Shown here piece by piece: positions 61,369 to 64,000 of a stretch of 64,000 bases of DNA. Within the stretch, counting starts at the first letter, position 1. Each line of letters begins with the position of its first letter. The position numbers and the translations under genes were made by a program. The stretch covers positions 64,001-128,000 of the forward strand of contig OZ250186.1 of the NCBI GenBank assembly GCA_965238275.1. Direction: 5' to 3'. The DNA comes from Nitrosopumilus sp. Lineage in GTDB: Archaea > Thermoproteota > Nitrososphaeria > Nitrososphaerales > Nitrosopumilaceae. Below the pieces are notes generated by a model. The model saw nothing but the letters and a program-made list of their open reading frames with translations. It did no database searches and was not told the origin of the DNA.

Positions 61369-63168
61369 TTATGCGACTGTTGCTGCTGCTGCCGGAATTT
61401 TTTCGACGAGGCCGTGCATATAGTCGACCAAAAAGTCGTGCGGGTTGACTCCGCGCCTCCTGCACGTCTCGCGGACGGTGGCCAGGACGGCGTGGTTGTA
61501 TGCGCCGGCAAGGCTCTTGCTGCCGCCTGAGACCTTCCGGGATGCGACGCTGGGCCGCAGGGGACGCTCGGCATCGTTGTTATGGCACTTTGTGTTGAGG
61601 CGGATGAATGGGAACAGGTGGGTGATCTCGCGCCGCAGCCGCTTGACAAACCTCTTGCAGTGGGCGTCTGTGTAGCTGCCCGAGATCAGGCGCCTCACCC
61701 GGGCCTGGAGGTTGCGCACCTTGAGGTTTCGCGCGGCCTTGTCGTCGTCCGGGTCAAGCCCCTTGTCCGGGTACCATGAATCGATGATTATCCCCTTCAG
61801 GGCCTTGGCAAACTTTTTGAATTCGGGTCCGGGGGATTTCATGGTCAGGGTGCGGAGGATCTCGCGGAGGTAGTGGTAGTGGCACTTTTGGTGGGTCTTG
61901 CCGATGCGGTTCCACGGGGCGTGGGAGTCGGAGGTGACGTGGCCGCCGTACCCTCCAAGCAGCGACACCAGGACGTCGCCTCCCCGGCTCTTGTCCACGT
62001 GAAAGACAGTCGAGTCGTCACCTACCAGCACCCACAGCCAGTACAGTATCCCGGCTATCTTCCAGCTCGTCTCGTCGCCAAAGACATGCTCTGAGAAGAA
62101 TATCTCCCCGAGCATCTCCTCGTAGAGGGGGTGGAGGGATCCCGTAACGGCGTCCACGTGGCTGATGACTGTCGACTTGGCAAGGCCTGCGTGGTGGATT
62201 ATGTTGATCAGACTGCAGATGATGCCGTAGGGGATGCCGTGCATCCTCATGGTAGTCTCCAGGCACGTCAGGCTGGCACCGAACCGCCCCCCTGGGACGA
62301 CCCCGGGGATCTCGGGGGCAAACTGCCTGCCGCATTCCCTGCAGTACCTGCGGACGACTGTATATTGGATGGCAGTCAGTTTCCCGTCGATGATCTCCTC
62401 GACTACCCGGAAGGTCACCTCGGTGGGCCCCGTCGAGAGGGCGTGGCCGTGCGGGCAGGAGTGCAGGTCGACTAACCTCTTTTCAGATATCGGGGGAGGG
62501 TTCCGGCCGGTGCGCAGGCAGACGACCTTCCTGAACGGGTCCGGCGCAGGCCCGGGCGACTCCCGGAGCCGCCTCTTGGAGCGGCGGCTTTTGATGTCCA
62601 GGTTCTCTGCTGCCAGCGCCGAGTTGGCCGCGCGCGCCTCCCTTAGCTGCGAGGCATGCTCGGCTGCCTGCCGTTCCAGGCGGGCTATCCTGTCCATGAC
62701 TGCCTGCGAGACGTCGCATCCCTGCAGGAGGGCGGCGTTTTCTGCCCTCAGCTTCTCTACCTCTGCACTCAAATTCTCCACATCTGTTCCCAGATTCTCT
62801 ATCTCGGAGTCCTTTTGTTCTATCTCGGAGTCCTTTTGTTCTATCTCGGAGTCCTTTTGTTCTATCTCGGAGTCCTTTTGTTCTATCTCGGAGTCCTTTT
62901 GCACGTTCTCTTCTTCCAACAGTTTGATCCTGGTATCCATCTCCGTCAGCATCGCGCGTTCCCCTGAGAAGGCCTCTGCCTCCTCCCTCAACTGCTCGAT
63001 GTTTTTCCTCAGCGCCACGCTCTCCTCGTCCCGGGATTTGAGCATGGCAAGGACGGATTCGAAGATGGACTTTGTGTCGGTTACGGAGTTCCAGTCAATC
63101 TTTTCCAAGTCGATTACAGGCACCATGCCACAACACTGGAAGGCATGATCCATAAAGCTTTTGGACAC
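61369..63168 (-). CDS. IS66 transposase with expanded heptad repeats
   Basis: Close paralog of 53458-55122 with (QKDSEIE)5. Confidence 0.92.
   Translation of the reverse strand: MSKSFMDHAFQCCGMVPVIDLEKIDWNSVTDTKSIFESVLAMLKSRDEESVALRKNIEQLREEAEAFSGERAMLTEMDTRIKLLEEENVQKDSEIEQKDSEIEQKDSEIEQKDSEIEQKDSEIENLGTDVENLSAEVEKLRAENAALLQGCDVSQAVMDRIARLERQAAEHASQLREARAANSALAAENLDIKSRRSKRRLRESPGPAPDPFRKVVCLRTGRNPPPISEKRLVDLHSCPHGHALSTGPTEVTFRVVEEIIDGKLTAIQYTVVRRYCRECGRQFAPEIPGVVPGGRFGASLTCLETTMRMHGIPYGIICSLINIIHHAGLAKSTVISHVDAVTGSLHPLYEEMLGEIFFSEHVFGDETSWKIAGILYWLWVLVGDDSTVFHVDKSRGGDVLVSLLGGYGGHVTSDSHAPWNRIGKTHQKCHYHYLREILRTLTMKSPGPEFKKFAKALKGIIIDSWYPDKGLDPDDDKAARNLKVRNLQARVRRLISGSYTDAHCKRFVKRLRREITHLFPFIRLNTKCHNNDAERPLRPSVASRKVSGGSKSLAGAYNHAVLATVRETCRRRGVNPHDFLVDYMHGLVEKIPAAAATVA
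62797..62901 (-). repeat. Five 21-bp tandem repeats (QKDSEIE)
   Basis: Repeated ttctatctcggagtccttttg units; only one unit in the copy at ~53711. Confidence 0.92.
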
Positions 63169-64000
63169 GCAGCGTCTGCCGGGAAATGCGGCGCAAAAGA
63201 TCCGGCAGGTGAGCCTTGATTTGAAAACTGTCCTGCCTGCGGACCGTACTGATAACGTGCAATTAAATCGGGTATTTATGGTCGAAAACGTAGCTCAGTT
63301 GGTAATTAATCGGGGCAAATCAGGCACGGAATCGCTTCGCAAAGGCGACCTCTTACGATTTTTTACAATTTCCGTTTTTCGTTTAATTATGTCAATCTGA
63401 CTGTTTGAAAATGAGATACCTATGACATCACAAACATGGGGCGTTGAAATTAAACGTTCAACGCTAGTTGAATCCACATTCTTCCTATCAATATTATTTT
63501 CGTCTGCAAAGTCATAAAGTGAAAGTAATTTTGTGCCAGTTTGACGAAATCGGGCTTGTTGCTCCGTATTCCATCTAACTACTCCCCTGCCCTCGTTTTC
63601 ACCTGAGTGTTCCAACGATATCCAATGACGTGCATCATCTTTATTTGCAAATACAACACAATCAACAGAATCAGGAATGTCGTTAGAACGGTTGCCAGAC
63701 ATTTTGTTAAAAAATTCACGAAATCCAAGATTTTCTGTTTTTGTAGGATCGTTTAATAACTTTATAACGATAGTTCTTCTGTTTCCTTCCAATACTAGAA
63801 ATTTATCTTTCTGAGACTCGGTCACTATCAAATTTTTGGATGGATTCACACCGTTCATCATAATATCTTCTGTCAATTTCTTGATTTTGTCCCCCTGCTC
63901 ACCAAGCATTAATTCTATTGCCTTTTTTTGATTCCTTACGGGTTCAAAACGCGGATTTTTTGAATTAATTAAGAGTTGAGAAATGTTTATTGTTTTTAAT

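Larger units (their letters stand above)
61055..63356 (-). mobile_element. IS66-family element with ~95-bp terminal IRs, copy 2
   Basis: Same IR as the copy at 53255; 8-bp target duplication GATTTTTT. Confidence 0.95.
60415..64000 (-). pseudogene. ParB/Srx-like + HEPN-like protein interrupted by IS66 (pieces 63357->64000 and 60415-61046); start lies just outside the window
   Basis: NPRF and VLEGNRR (ParB-like); LFRVFFE...HNFVH (HEPN-like). Removing the IS restores EIVKN|LKKFFAKMSENEF. Confidence 0.8.

Overview
Accessory/defence island from an archaeon, most likely a Nitrosopumilaceae-type thaumarchaeote. The evidence is an intron-containing tRNA-Tyr with a C1:G72 pair and a bulge-helix-bulge motif, thaumarchaeal-style tyrosine integrases, and TATA boxes directly before start codons. 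The heavy IS load and TPR genes would fit a host-associated lineage, but that is inference. No housekeeping protein genes, rRNA or CRISPR are visible. AT-rich defence-type genes include an OLD nuclease, an AAA+/S8 protease (ietAS-like) pair, an HsdR-N nuclease, an HNH nuclease, a BpuSI-like type IIG enzyme with C5 and N6 methylases around the tRNA, and a ParB/HEPN-like gene with a Dam-like methylase. They alternate with GC-richer segments: a GHKL ATPase with a partner gene, a UvrD helicase, a PIN protein, two convergent integrases, TPR genes and many tiny Zn-finger ORFs. There are about ten IS elements with definable ends (IS5/ISL2-like, IS630, IS66/ISBst12-like) plus many remnants. Three nuclease-type effector genes are split by IS insertions, while all methylases appear intact. 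The most intriguing unexplained features are: (1) a GHKL-ATPase/helical-partner module bracketed by a dispersed TGTTAAC-N2/3-TCG-N-CAYC repeat; (2) a twin-integrase locus in which one integrase shares a CxxC-x6-H-x7-C motif with a small upstream protein; (3) a second dispersed 22-bp motif that brackets tiny genes; and (4) variable 21-bp heptad repeats in transposases of two unrelated families. All functional calls come from motif reading, not database searches.
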